Part shown: positions 38,801-47,499 of the stretch, piece by piece
Layout of the letters: each line of letters begins with the position of its first letter
How positions within the stretch are numbered: position 1 is the first letter of the stretch
Source of the DNA: a virus
Virus record (IMG/VR): IMGVR_UViG_3300043449_000987
Location: 36,368-100,367 of that record
Reading direction: 5' to 3' (one strand)
Length of the DNA: 64,000 nucleotides
The notes under the pieces: generated by a model
Seen by the model: only the letters and a program-made list of their open reading frames with translations
Database searches by the model: none
Told to the model about the DNA's origin: nothing
Program-made: the position numbers and the translations under genes

Positions 38801-39915
38801 GCATTAACTCCACCTTCTTGCATTGCAGCAAGAAAAACAGACATGTCTTTAATATCTCCACCAAGACCCTGGATAACTGGAGCAACTCTTGGAATAGCAT
38901 CTGTAAGATTTTGAAGACTTACAACAGATTGGTTTTCTACTGCGTTTAAGAAATTAATAGATTCTGCAAGTTGATCGCTATTCATCTTAAATGCTGTTTG
39001 CATAGCAATTGTTGCAGAAAGTGCTTGTTGTTTGTCTACCTCACCAAGAACAGAAAGTTTTGTTGCTGCTTTTACTTGCTCTGCAAGTTTTTGTCCCTGA
39101 AAGCCTGCTGCTGCAGCATCTGCTGCAATAGACATAGTATCTGCAATTGCTACACCATATTTAGTAAATTCATCGGCAAGTCCACGAATAACAGTTATGT
39201 TAGCCTGTGTTTCTGAAGGTAGTGTAAACAAATCACCATAAACTCTTTTAAATCTAATGACTTGCTTTTCTAAATCCATAAAGGCTTTGGCTGCGGTTGA
39301 GCCAAAAATACTTAAAGGAATTGTAAAACCAACCATCAACTGGCGTCCTGCCCACTGAGTGTTCTTACCAAAGTTAACTAGATTGGTTGTTCCCTGTGAA
39401 AGCAGTTGGTTAAATAATTGTTGGCGCTGTGCTGCTATCTGTGTTTTAGTTCCAAGATCTTGCATATCAAGGGTAAGAGGTGTGACGGCAATAGCCTTCA
39501 TTGCTCCAGAGGCATCTCTGCCCATCTTAATATACTGAGTCTGAAGTTTCTTTACACGTTCTTCAGCAACCTTATTAATGGTTTCAAACTCTGTTTTAAA
39601 AACCTTACCAAATGTTTTAGAAGAGGCAATTCCATATCTAAAGTATTCACGCATTGAGAATTTATTTTTCTCAAGTGAGTTGGTAAATGATTCAGCAGAT
39701 GTCCGAATTGTCTGCATTCGAGCAGCAAACTGACCAGTTGAATTAATAGAGTTAATAAACTCCTGTTGCAAATTTCTTTGTGCTATTGTTGCTGATGCAC
39801 TAGATTTTGCAATCGATGAGTGGAATTGAGATATCTGGCGTTGTAGATTTTTTAATTCCGAGAGGGCGCCAGACGTGTCAATATTAACGCTGATATTAGC
39901 ATTAACATCTGACAT
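32833..39915 (-). CDS. Tail tape measure protein, 2360 aa
   Basis: Length, Ala/Gln-rich helices, TP901-type core, FA.GG...GT.TSDS motifs, position after the chaperones. Confidence 0.92.
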   Translation of the reverse strand: MSDVNANISVNIDTSGALSELKNLQRQISQFHSSIAKSSASATIAQRNLQQEFINSINSTGQFAARMQTIRTSAESFTNSLEKNKFSMREYFRYGIASSKTFGKVFKTEFETINKVAEERVKKLQTQYIKMGRDASGAMKAIAVTPLTLDMQDLGTKTQIAAQRQQLFNQLLSQGTTNLVNFGKNTQWAGRQLMVGFTIPLSIFGSTAAKAFMDLEKQVIRFKRVYGDLFTLPSETQANITVIRGLADEFTKYGVAIADTMSIAADAAAAGFQGQKLAEQVKAATKLSVLGEVDKQQALSATIAMQTAFKMNSDQLAESINFLNAVENQSVVSLQNLTDAIPRVAPVIQGLGGDIKDMSVFLAAMQEGGVNAAEAANGLKSALASMINPSKAAREMLNGVNIDLNAIVSRNEGNIMRTVLDLADAMKQLTPLARQRILEQLFGKFQFARVSALFDNIAKSGSQASQALELVKMSSQDLAAIANKELNAIEENAATKFSAAVQSLRASLAPVGEAFLKVVTPIIEFFTKIADKFNNLSDGTKKVVTTLVTLFAGVGPVVLMLVGLVANFGGQLLKMFGLLRNGYLKLTGQSKYLGEQTQYLTNEQIQAEAVAHSLDQVHARLTQRFTVEADAVMNLRNAYIEAAAAGSRFAFNNPGMMIPQSRQPKKFADGGIVRGPGTGTSDSIVARVSNGEAIIPAKSVARHPDLVNSLVSGNIPGFAGGLFPTLGTVLGGTFKSRRYSPVAMMAPGNTPGGFGMDREWLTSSEEAKASFAASIKTAMMMEQDIKVTQANYKKFGQDLTPVLDNIFSIFRDGVTADVTNVAQVGKTQYPLIIRSIEEMAQSGQITARDMQSMSIAVRKLLDPLESDLTQQNLQRVELSINEAGEHIVKRASTERFGVSYKEQIRRSFGSELAMRGLPMPQDYPGSYQFAHVPYSPATTNYVEPFLRKKAGAGSAIEQQVMQQLRNGAIFKEGQVLIEQQAMQVGRVAVGAVARGAGTNSPSHFTDQTGQDIDNGLIIGMEKRSGAVAAAAAKVASGAVTQFEQTASGLIVPRGTVSSTGGGLTLRPGESPATYSEDVMFGPQPKQSLRGKMTGAYRNFKAQPIKAKAQMISGGAMRGGMVASGAMLAASMMPGPIGQIAQAAAPAVMGIQSLAMALPMLTNPVGLAVAGVAAVAAGFFFLRKKQQEYIKHLEDAGKKEAEARLGNIESINAYSRYVGDKALPSERQFNRVGDKRFIDADLAKAANFRKFYAEEGKAVGQQLSGRVGKANALDISATDVAKRAATFGLGPADIAANIKAAAELSGVSEIKLKAKVQELLSKDGKDITKEPLSIDARINYLSKASEASLAVIQRKISQIKPYSVAVSENYAKTKDADAANQAGRDAIETKIKNTKFATVALTLAIEDQKNSLALLNGMYVDGKISVEQYNTAYAAQMVVFQNIKKATDDLVKSLDAVDSTGKASEAALSDLADQVFASLEKTNKKVAKLLKETITKSIPKNMRSEILIAYAQGSLSPADILQIDTILKEMNGKTTEQKIKFVADLTGISEALRLQLQLSVALEKQATADALYTAAKTKGGKALGGYAYRAAQARKEVEALTKAIENGGKVTPDSPETPGTKGINDNSGSGTNPFAFIDDLLMKLKRVRLASINATGGVGAFIKALKGDLTGFKGTDELLRAGGATQSFIDIVGGLDAKTFKAVNGTKNRLYALGKDGKVIFGDLGQAILKFTKEIEFGTFVDQQQNIVKNAQQQVSVYTKLAGSGLSASKIMEILGNDALVAALNAEKVDSQDFKDFIKGAKEADSNVKELGKTLKILQFQDAQQKETAADKLDQYFAAQEAIVRMQQRQNFVAAQGMSPEKYEQAIAAKQQEAKAQQTVVDGIQKEIDAEQELVSKYNRGLDLIGREEDKINKAYDEKLKAIDDQVSALEDVKKVNQQILDQQNKQTDLAGALSSGDIGAAARIAQEMRSASAQNSQDALISNLGKQKDALELKKQKEIDAIQVEINGKLYTRTELQDLIQSKEDNIYNIEQLRLKPAQDLLDKKQQEIDKMQEIIDKYNFDMTNAINNIVDAQGRSKAEWEAINAVIDTTAEWLGEEGLLGLGDDIASGVLSIEDAWKKVLAAIQAAAAAQAAMTGAKSVTATGGGGGGGGGGGNPGNIDTVNKTVTDQTNTLITAIKSGTQTNLTAGQIANQMADSLLKDKAATAALGGVAGVMSSARYTGQAIQYYAQQAAAEKQAEALQNLKRAEAAAKAEKIDSYYRSSGGIIPKYFVAGGYARGTDTVPAMLTPGEFVMSRYAVNTHGVGTLKAMNNGQSVGDSVYTYNLNVNVKSDANPNEIAQTVIAQIKQIDSQRIRGIRK

Positions 39916-39942
39916 TCATTTCCACCCCTTTTTGCTTACATA

Positions 39943-40278
39943 TTAGGCATTGTTTGAAACTAGTGCATTATTCAAAAATGAATCTTCACCAAGTTTAATA
40001 CCTGAAGCGACATCCACAATCTTATAGACTGTTGGAAGATCAATATTTTGCTCTAGTGCTGCAGCATCCTTAGCCAATTCTGGCTTATACTGCTCTAGTG
40101 CAATTTGTACACATTCCATCAATACGGTCATTGACTTATCATTGTCATCTGCGACCTTTGCAATCTTGTCAAAATTCTTCATAAACTTACGCAATAGCGA
40201 AATGCTAAGTGGCTTAAGTTCTAGTTCTGTTCCATCAATTAGTTTTACTTTTTGTACTTCATATACTGTAGTAGTCAT
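39943..40278 (-). CDS. Tail assembly chaperone (short, G-like)
   Basis: Directly upstream of the TMP; paralogous to the N-half of 40323..41000; own TGCTATAAT (40305-40313) and GGAGG SD. Confidence 0.7.
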   Translation of the reverse strand: MTTTVYEVQKVKLIDGTELELKPLSISLLRKFMKNFDKIAKVADDNDKSMTVLMECVQIALEQYKPELAKDAAALEQNIDLPTVYKIVDVASGIKLGEDSFLNNALVSNNA

Positions 40279-40322
40279 TTTTCCTCCATTTTTTGACTTT
40301 ACTAATTATAGCATAGTTACGC

Positions 40323-41000
40323 TCAAGATTTAGTTAAATCTTCGTAATCTAAGCCCATGCCAATTCCAAACCCTGCTTTTGCAGCATTAGCACCCTGTAA
40401 GGCTAATATATCATTTCCATCGTTTGTTTTGCCACCACTAAATACTCTAGCCTTCATTTCTTCCCAAGCATTAGATTTATTACCTTCTTCTAAATCTACA
40501 CCCTGCATAGCAGCATCAAATTTTTTCTGTTGATAATCAAGATCTCTTTTTGTGGATAATAAAAGGGTAAGTTCTGGCATAGATAAAGACTCTTCAAGTT
40601 CTTCAAAATTTTTCCAAATACCCGTCAAAAATGCTTCTGCCTCAAGTGCTGGCAAGTCTAACGTTTCCCAAGTTTCACCATCGCTTTGTGCTTTTGTTGT
40701 GCCCTCTGTTTTTTCTGATTTGATTTCTGCTGCATATTCTAAAATTTTATATATGGTTTTGAGATCAAACATTGACTCAACATCATTTTTTGTTTTATAC
40801 TTACCTGGAGCATATTGTTCTAATGCAATGTGTGCACAAGATATAACATAATCTAATGATTCATCCTCATCTTTTGCATCACTTACTTTACTAAATAAAT
40901 CCATAAAGGGCCTCATGTATTTAATCTTTAATGGGACCGCACTAATAATGTCACCATTAATATCAAAAATTTCTCCAGAGTTGTAAACCTTTTTTGCCAT
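40323..41000 (-). CDS. Tail assembly chaperone (long, GT-like); leaderless start MAKKV
   Basis: ATG 6 nt after TGGTATACT (41007-41015); lies between the tail tube and the TMP. Confidence 0.65.
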   Translation of the reverse strand: MAKKVYNSGEIFDINGDIISAVPLKIKYMRPFMDLFSKVSDAKDEDESLDYVISCAHIALEQYAPGKYKTKNDVESMFDLKTIYKILEYAAEIKSEKTEGTTKAQSDGETWETLDLPALEAEAFLTGIWKNFEELEESLSMPELTLLLSTKRDLDYQQKKFDAAMQGVDLEEGNKSNAWEEMKARVFSGGKTNDGNDILALQGANAAKAGFGIGMGLDYEDLTKS

Positions 41001-41020
41001 ATTAACAGTATACCAAAAAG

Positions 41021-41056
41021 AAAATAGAAAAACCCAGCCTTTCAAGGGGCTGGGTT
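41021..41056 (-). terminator. Intrinsic terminator after the major tail gene
   Basis: AACCCAGCC...GGCTGGGTT hairpin followed by TTTCTATTTT. Confidence 0.85.
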
Positions 41057-41074
41057 AATCTTATTAAGTTTTTG

Positions 41075-41698
41075 TTATGCGACGTCTACAGTGCGATCAA
41101 CGATCTTACCATATGACGCATTGTCGTTTGGAAGAAGGCGGAAAGATACTTCAAACATTGTTGCTGCATCTCTCTTAGCAGATACTGTTACGCTTTCAAT
41201 TGAAAGAGCACGGTATGCTGCATAAATTCTTTCCAAATTAGATCCTTCTGCACAATCGCCAGTTCCTGGACCAACTGCAACAAGACCACGCTCTACTGGA
41301 CATTCGCCAATATCGCCTGCTGACATGTTGAGTGTAGGATTTCCTGACACAGTGGTTAGATCTGCATCCTTGCCTGCAAGTGCAAACAAAAGATTTTCAA
41401 GTGTTGATTCTGCGAATGCGGTCTTTAGATTAACCTTCATTCCCTGCTTAAACAGTTTAGCAGCATCGAGTACTTGGTCGACTGCAACCTCAGCAAAGTC
41501 TGGTTGGAATTGTAGTTCCAAACCATTCATTGTGTAACCTACGTTACGGAAATCTGCATCAGAAGACAATGTCTCCTTGTAAGATACCGCATCAACGTAG
41601 GCTGGAAGGTCAGCGTCTGAAAGTGTTCCTGCTTCATATGTGAAAAGTGCTGCTGCACCCACGATAATGTTAGCGTTCGAACCTCTTGTATATGCCAT
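41075..41698 (-). CDS. Major tail (tube) protein
   Basis: NIIVGAA, VGYT..G, E.TLENL; own promoter (41754-41762) and terminator. Confidence 0.8.
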   Translation of the reverse strand: MAYTRGSNANIIVGAAALFTYEAGTLSDADLPAYVDAVSYKETLSSDADFRNVGYTMNGLELQFQPDFAEVAVDQVLDAAKLFKQGMKVNLKTAFAESTLENLLFALAGKDADLTTVSGNPTLNMSAGDIGECPVERGLVAVGPGTGDCAEGSNLERIYAAYRALSIESVTVSAKRDAATMFEVSFRLLPNDNASYGKIVDRTVDVA

Positions 41699-41774
41699 AT
41701 TTTCACCTCTTTTTTTTCTATAGAAATAAAAGGCGTTTGTTTCCTCAAGGTAAAGTATAACAGCCTTTTTAAAC

Positions 41775-42407
41775 TCAAATGATTATTTTAGTAGCCAGTT
41801 TTGGTTCTGGGACCCAGTCAGCATTGGCTAAATCTGACATTTGATGATAGTCAAAATCAATAATTATCTTATTTCCACCATAGGTTCTGGCTGTTCCAAA
41901 ATCAATAATGTCTCTGGTTTCTTCTAATTGGTATACCTTAAAATTATGAAAATAAAACTTACAGTCAATTACAGTGTTATCATCAATACGTATCTGTCTA
42001 TTTCTGGTCCAGTTATTGATTTCCTCTGCTGTTTCATCAAACCTGTCCATAAGCCTTAGAACGGTCTCTTGAATTACTACCATTCTTTCAATTGGGCTAT
42101 CACCAGTTGCATAGAAATAATACAAAAGTTGCTCACATTTTATGTGTGGAAATCCAGTTCTATTCATTTTAATTAATCTATCCCAAGTTGCTGCAACACT
42201 CTGAGTGCTTTGTCCAAAATACTCTGTTAGATCATCAATTGTTGATGGCGTTGATGGAAAAAATGGCATTTGTGCTCCAAATATTTCACCCTCCCCAAAC
42301 TCTTTTACTAAAACTTCTGTAATTTTTTCTTGAAGATATTTATTTATCCATAAAACAGGAGTGTTTAGTGTTCCTGTAGACCCCATCCACAATTCTCCGT
42401 AAGTCAT
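41775..42407 (-). CDS. Probable tail terminator/neck protein
   Basis: Synteny. Confidence 0.5.
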   Translation of the reverse strand: MTYGELWMGSTGTLNTPVLWINKYLQEKITEVLVKEFGEGEIFGAQMPFFPSTPSTIDDLTEYFGQSTQSVAATWDRLIKMNRTGFPHIKCEQLLYYFYATGDSPIERMVVIQETVLRLMDRFDETAEEINNWTRNRQIRIDDNTVIDCKFYFHNFKVYQLEETRDIIDFGTARTYGGNKIIIDFDYHQMSDLANADWVPEPKLATKIII

Positions 42408-43081
42408 TATGCCACCACCCTAGCATTTGCGATCCAACGATATCCAGTTTCAACACCCTTACTACGGCCAAATGTTTTACCTGCTGGAAGATTTTTCTTA
42501 TAAACTGTTGCATTCTCTAACTCTTTTAACATGCCACTCTTTCTTAAAAATGCCTGTGTAAAGTATCTTGAAAAAAATTGATCAAATGTTTTTCCAAACT
42601 TTCCTTCTGTATTGCCACCAGGATTATCAACTAATACTGGTTGCTTTGTAAATACCTCTTCGTTACCAATTTCAAACCTTAATGCCTTTGCCTTTGTTGG
42701 CTTAATTACTACTGGTATACCTTGCTCCATAATTCTTGCTTTGTCATAAAATGGGACCTTTGAACCATTTTTAATTGATGTTGACTGTGAAAAAGAAGAT
42801 CTAAAAGAGAGGCCCAGATTGCTTACTGTATATGTAATATCAAATAATCTTGCATCTGGGCTTCCCGTTTGGCTCCACTCATAAACATGATGTAATGTTT
42901 GTGGACTTACTCTTGCACTTGAATCTATATATTCTTTCATTAGTTCAATCGTATCTTTACCCAAATTTTCTAAAAATATATTTTTTCCAGAATGTATTCC
43001 ATCAAGAAATCCCTGAGAGTAATTGATTATATTTGTCATCTCTTTCATAAATAAATTGCTATCTAGTTTAATTGATATCAT
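42407..43081 (-). CDS. Probable neck/tail-completion protein
   Basis: Synteny; I.P..AK.LRF motif. Confidence 0.5.
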   Translation of the reverse strand: MISIKLDSNLFMKEMTNIINYSQGFLDGIHSGKNIFLENLGKDTIELMKEYIDSSARVSPQTLHHVYEWSQTGSPDARLFDITYTVSNLGLSFRSSFSQSTSIKNGSKVPFYDKARIMEQGIPVVIKPTKAKALRFEIGNEEVFTKQPVLVDNPGGNTEGKFGKTFDQFFSRYFTQAFLRKSGMLKELENATVYKKNLPAGKTFGRSKGVETGYRWIANARVVA

Positions 43082-43524
43082 ATATCTACCGCCTGATTTT
43101 GTGAACGACGCAAAACTAATTTATAATACTCGACCTTTCCAAATGGTCCCATGAGTGGCTCCTGCGACGCTACCTCAAATATAGTAGATTTTCCTGCTCT
43201 TGGTCCTGCAGTCTCTATATATACTGGGTTGCAGTTTCTATCTTGAATATTGCTTAAAATGACATTGGTAATTGCATTATTTGAATCTGTTTCTGATATA
43301 CGAATATCTGCCTTAACTCGTCCAATTAAAAGTGTGTCCTGAGTTATGTTTATATTAGGCTGTATCTCTTCTTTAATTTTTGATCCTGCAGTTGTAAAAT
43401 GACAAGCAATTGTTTTGTTATGCATCCAATTTTTTTTGACATTACCATATGCACCCTGTTCTACAGTTGGATAAAATACATCTACTTGCATTGGGAACAT
43501 GAAGTCTTTACCTTCACAGGTCAT
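43078..43524 (-). CDS. Probable head-closure protein
   Basis: Synteny and size. Confidence 0.5.
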   Translation of the reverse strand: MTCEGKDFMFPMQVDVFYPTVEQGAYGNVKKNWMHNKTIACHFTTAGSKIKEEIQPNINITQDTLLIGRVKADIRISETDSNNAITNVILSNIQDRNCNPVYIETAGPRAGKSTIFEVASQEPLMGPFGKVEYYKLVLRRSQNQAVDI

Positions 43525-44438
43525 TATAAAATTCCAGGCTTGGTTATTGTTAATGTATATTTATCTAAGATCTTATCAACAATCATATTGCCCGTTCCCT
43601 CAAGCATCTTCTTGTCGAATTGAACTCTAAACTGATCAGTATTGTAAGATGCTACGTAACGAGAATAGTAATCTAATTTGCCACAACTAATGTCTTCCAT
43701 AAGCAATCTTGTTGCAAGTTCAATATCTGCTGGAACTGTTTTATATCCAACATCAAGAACAAAACTGTAGTCATATCCTTTTGGAAAATCAACATATCTC
43801 TCTGGTCCGTAGTGAGCAAGATCTCCATATGCTGGTAAAGTACTCATTAGTCCCTGCTCAACACGATTATAAACGTCTGTTACAACTCTCTCAATCGCAG
43901 ATCTATCTAATGTTAATCTATAATCAATAGCGTTTAATTCTGGTGTATCTGCATCATAAACTAACACGTTATTTTCGTAAACTTTTAATACCTTGTTGAC
44001 AGGCTCCCAAATACTATAATAATCATTACCTTGTCCAATTCCCTGCACAATATGCTTTTCATTGTAAAAACCATCTGTAATAGAACTGTCAATAATTGAT
44101 CTTGCAAATAATTCTAATCTTTCATATTCTGCTATTTCTGAAGCAGTTGTACCACCATATGTATATGGGTTAACGTATGGTCTAACAATATCTAAATTCT
44201 CTTCATATAAAATATGTTCATGCTCTGAATCATAAAATCTAATAAGAAACTTTCTATCAAAATTTACCTTGGCAATTGGAAGTTCATAAATTAAAACCCC
44301 GTCTGCATCCGATGTCATTACTGACTCTTCTACTGAGTGGTCCACCAAATCCTCAACATAAACGTTGTACTGGTAACTAGCAATTGGCAGTTTCCAAGTA
44401 GTTGTAAGAGGATAAGGTGGAACTCTCAAGACCTGCAT
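43524..44438 (-). CDS. Head-to-tail adaptor
   Basis: GY..VP.DI..AT..L and TG...VD.IL..Y motifs. Confidence 0.65.
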   Translation of the reverse strand: MQVLRVPPYPLTTTWKLPIASYQYNVYVEDLVDHSVEESVMTSDADGVLIYELPIAKVNFDRKFLIRFYDSEHEHILYEENLDIVRPYVNPYTYGGTTASEIAEYERLELFARSIIDSSITDGFYNEKHIVQGIGQGNDYYSIWEPVNKVLKVYENNVLVYDADTPELNAIDYRLTLDRSAIERVVTDVYNRVEQGLMSTLPAYGDLAHYGPERYVDFPKGYDYSFVLDVGYKTVPADIELATRLLMEDISCGKLDYYSRYVASYNTDQFRVQFDKKMLEGTGNMIVDKILDKYTLTITKPGIL

Positions 44439-44441
44439 ATT

Positions 44442-44861
44442 TTACTTACCGTATTCCTTTGCCACTTCTTCAGGTGTAGCGAGACGGCAGTGGTCACGAG
44501 TTAGCCACTTGTCTGCATCATCTTTAGCAACAATATTGAATCCACGATAAACCTTGCCAACTCCAGCCCAAGTTACGTTACGTGATGAGTGGATGGCAAC
44601 TGTGTCCTTCTTTGCTGTAGACTTCTTTGATGCTGCCTTCTTTACTTCCTTGACAACATTTGCTACGCCAATTGCACCATTTCCTACTGGGCCTAGGGCC
44701 TGAACTGTAACTGGTTCTTCTTTTGGCTCTTCTACAACAACTGGCTCTACAACTGGTGCTTCCTCTACAATTGGATCATTCTTTGATTCTTCAATCACTG
44801 AATCTTCTGGTGTAGGTGCTGACCATGTTGTGGAATCTTCGTTATTAAACATATCTGACAT
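44442..44861 (-). CDS. Hypothetical protein with an acidic Pro/Glu/Val N-terminus
   Basis: AGGAGG SD; TGTTATAAT at 44883-44891. Confidence 0.65.
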   Translation of the reverse strand: MSDMFNNEDSTTWSAPTPEDSVIEESKNDPIVEEAPVVEPVVVEEPKEEPVTVQALGPVGNGAIGVANVVKEVKKAASKKSTAKKDTVAIHSSRNVTWAGVGKVYRGFNIVAKDDADKWLTRDHCRLATPEEVAKEYGK

Positions 44862-44899
44862 AATTCCTCCTTGTTTTACTATATTATAACAGATTAATT

Positions 44900-44934
44900 A
44901 AAAAGGAGGCAGGAGACGAACTCCTGCCCCCCTT
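44900..44934 (-). terminator. Intrinsic terminator after the major capsid gene
   Basis: AAGGGGGGCAGGAG-TTCGT-CTCCTGCCTCCTT followed by Ts. Confidence 0.85.
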
Positions 44935-44952
44935 AAAGGTACTGATTACAGA

Positions 44953-46092
44953 TTATGCATCTGCAGCAGCGTCTGCGAAAGCAATGGCATCTTCTTCTTC
45001 CCATTGAATACCAAAACGAACGAATACTGTGTATTCGATTGTGTCCTTCTTAGGACGGTATTCACGGTTGACAGTGATGTCACGTTGGAATCCCCAAACA
45101 CGGTTCTGTGGGAATGTCAAATCGACATATCCTGCAGGGTAGTAAGGAACTTCCTGAACGTCTACTCCGAGAACACGAGTTGTACGTGCTCCACCGAATG
45201 TCTGTCCATTTCCATCAAGGTATGCTTGACGGTTTGCAGGTGTACCTGCTGGAGTGCCAGCAAATGCTTCTGCGATAGCATCAGCGAGTGTACCGTTGTG
45301 CTTTACGATACCTTGGAAGGCATCTGTACCAGCATAGAACTTAAGATTGTTCTTAAGTGCACGATACTTACGTGGCATTGCAAGAATGATGTTTTGCATA
45401 ACTTCTGTTGTCCAAGCATTATCTGCTACAGTAACAACTGATTCATGTGCATCTCCATCTTTAGCCTTCTTGACAAAGCCAGTCATGATGTTAAGGAATG
45501 GTGCTGTTGCGCCATCACCATTGATTGCTAGATCTTCGATGTCATTTGCAAATGCATTTGTCATCAAGCGAACTAGGTGATCTTCTAGTGCTGCGCCTTC
45601 AATACCATCCTCAAGTGATTCTGCAGAAACTTCCCAGTCAAGACGAATCTTCTTTGTAGTCAATTCAACCTTTGAGAATGTTGCTCCTGCATTTGTGTAA
45701 TCGCCAAGTGCCTGTGCAGCAGAGCGAATAACACGCTCACCGACATTTACCTTTTCGAGTTCCATGGTGTTTGCTCTCATGGTTACTCTGCGACCGTCTT
45801 GGGCGAGAACTGTTGCATCCCACACGTAATCAATAAAACGACGTGCTTGCTCTGGGCGTAGGATACCTGATCCAGCCTCACCTGAAGGATTTACTGCGTT
45901 TGGTCCTGATGTTGATCCAAATGTTGCATTTGGAATATTTCCGATAACACCGCCATTAGCGTAGTTACCAGGAACATTAGTACCTGCTTCTGAACCTGAT
46001 GCAAATGCTCCTTGACCTTGATATAGGCCAGGTGCTGTTCCACCTAGTTCTCCAGCCTCTCCTGGCTGGTTCTTTATAATTTCTTCCGACAT
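44953..46092 (-). CDS. Major capsid protein (HK97 fold)
   Basis: G.L.PEQA..FID, E.LED.IEG, D.EDLAINGD; follows the protease; strong SD and terminator. Confidence 0.9.
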   Translation of the reverse strand: MSEEIIKNQPGEAGELGGTAPGLYQGQGAFASGSEAGTNVPGNYANGGVIGNIPNATFGSTSGPNAVNPSGEAGSGILRPEQARRFIDYVWDATVLAQDGRRVTMRANTMELEKVNVGERVIRSAAQALGDYTNAGATFSKVELTTKKIRLDWEVSAESLEDGIEGAALEDHLVRLMTNAFANDIEDLAINGDGATAPFLNIMTGFVKKAKDGDAHESVVTVADNAWTTEVMQNIILAMPRKYRALKNNLKFYAGTDAFQGIVKHNGTLADAIAEAFAGTPAGTPANRQAYLDGNGQTFGGARTTRVLGVDVQEVPYYPAGYVDLTFPQNRVWGFQRDITVNREYRPKKDTIEYTVFVRFGIQWEEEDAIAFADAAADA

Positions 46093-46120
46093 ATTGTCAC
46101 CTCCTGTGATTTTTACTTAT

Positions 46121-47461
46121 TTATTTTGCGAATAAGTCGGCTGTTTTGAGGAAACTACCGCCCCATAGGGATTTTTCAACCATTACTGGTTGATCCTGAA
46201 CAATCTCGCCTAGATCGCCAGACTTTCGGAAAGCAGTGTCTGCTTCTACTGCGTCTACTCTCTTTCCAAACTCATTAAACTGTTCTCTTGCTGCAGCAAT
46301 ATCTTTGGCGACTGCATCAAATGAAACTTTTGCTGCATCTAGATCAACCTTTGTAGACTTAAGCATTTCTACTTCTGCCTGCAAAGACTTGACTGTTGCA
46401 ACTAGATCGCTAAAGGCTGATGTAATGGTGTTTCTGATTTCAGCAATTGACTCAGCAACTACATCATCGGACTTGGACACATCTGTAGCCTCTGCTACTG
46501 ATTCTGTTGCAACTTCTTCTGACTTTGCAACTTCTTCGGTAGTAGTCTCAACTGTTGCTTCTGCTGGTAGGGCTTCATCGGCCTTAACAACTTCTTCAAC
46601 AACTGTTTCAACTACGGCATCTGCCTCTGGAGCGACCTCTGACTTTGTTACTTCTGCAACTGCTTCTGTTTCAATAACTTCTGCAACTGTATTTGTATCT
46701 TCTGTCATAGGACTTACCTCCTTGTTAATCTTAGATGTATTAATGCCTTTAGCACTATCAACTAAGAACTTTATCATTGTGGTTTTTTCATTATCCGTTT
46801 TTTCAACGAACCCTATATTCTTCATCTCTGATCCAGATACTGGGCTTACCTCTGAATCATTTTCTGATACCATGACTATACCAGATTCTGCGTCATAAAA
46901 AACATTTTCTAATACTGTTTCATCTGCCTTAACAACTTCAACGCCGTCAACCTTTTCAACAGAAACAATATTTGCAAATTGATTTGCTGGTGAATCTACA
47001 AGACTCAACTCTACCAAATCATATTCCTTAATAATTCTAATTTGTGTATCTGACTTTTCGTCATAACCGTCATCCCACTTATTCATACGACCACCAATAG
47101 AGAATCCTGTTAGTGTTCCATCCAAAACTTTTTCCCATGTATCTTGAGCGCCCTTTGAAACATATGCAGAAACAAATACTCCGTTATAAAACTTTTTTGT
47201 TTCTGGATCAAAATACTTTTCTGCTTTAAAATTGACCATCTTACCAACTGCAAGTGGTTGATGCATTTCACGAATGTTTCCACGAAACTTTGCAAATGCT
47301 TGCATAGATGCTTCTGCAGTGACAATATCATTTTGCTTATCAATATTATCTAATGATGCAAAACCTGAAACAATACGGCGTTCCTTGTCAACCTTGCTAA
47401 AAGGCATTGATAGGCGAACGTTGTCGCCCTCTGTATTCCAATGGGCTTTAGAGATAGTCAT
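46121..47461 (-). CDS. Prohead protease (HK97 family) fused to an acidic scaffold-like region
   Basis: IREMH, GFSIGG, ELSLVDSPAN, then an E/A/V-rich coiled coil. Confidence 0.88.
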   Translation of the reverse strand: MTISKAHWNTEGDNVRLSMPFSKVDKERRIVSGFASLDNIDKQNDIVTAEASMQAFAKFRGNIREMHQPLAVGKMVNFKAEKYFDPETKKFYNGVFVSAYVSKGAQDTWEKVLDGTLTGFSIGGRMNKWDDGYDEKSDTQIRIIKEYDLVELSLVDSPANQFANIVSVEKVDGVEVVKADETVLENVFYDAESGIVMVSENDSEVSPVSGSEMKNIGFVEKTDNEKTTMIKFLVDSAKGINTSKINKEVSPMTEDTNTVAEVIETEAVAEVTKSEVAPEADAVVETVVEEVVKADEALPAEATVETTTEEVAKSEEVATESVAEATDVSKSDDVVAESIAEIRNTITSAFSDLVATVKSLQAEVEMLKSTKVDLDAAKVSFDAVAKDIAAAREQFNEFGKRVDAVEADTAFRKSGDLGEIVQDQPVMVEKSLWGGSFLKTADLFAK

Positions 47462-47499
47462 GGTGATTATATTATATACCCTTTTTATACGCTTCTCAC

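Noticed and set aside
39943-40330. Programmed -1 frameshift in the tail chaperone
   Set aside because: No convincing slippery heptamer with a downstream T frame. The TMP starts right after the short gene.
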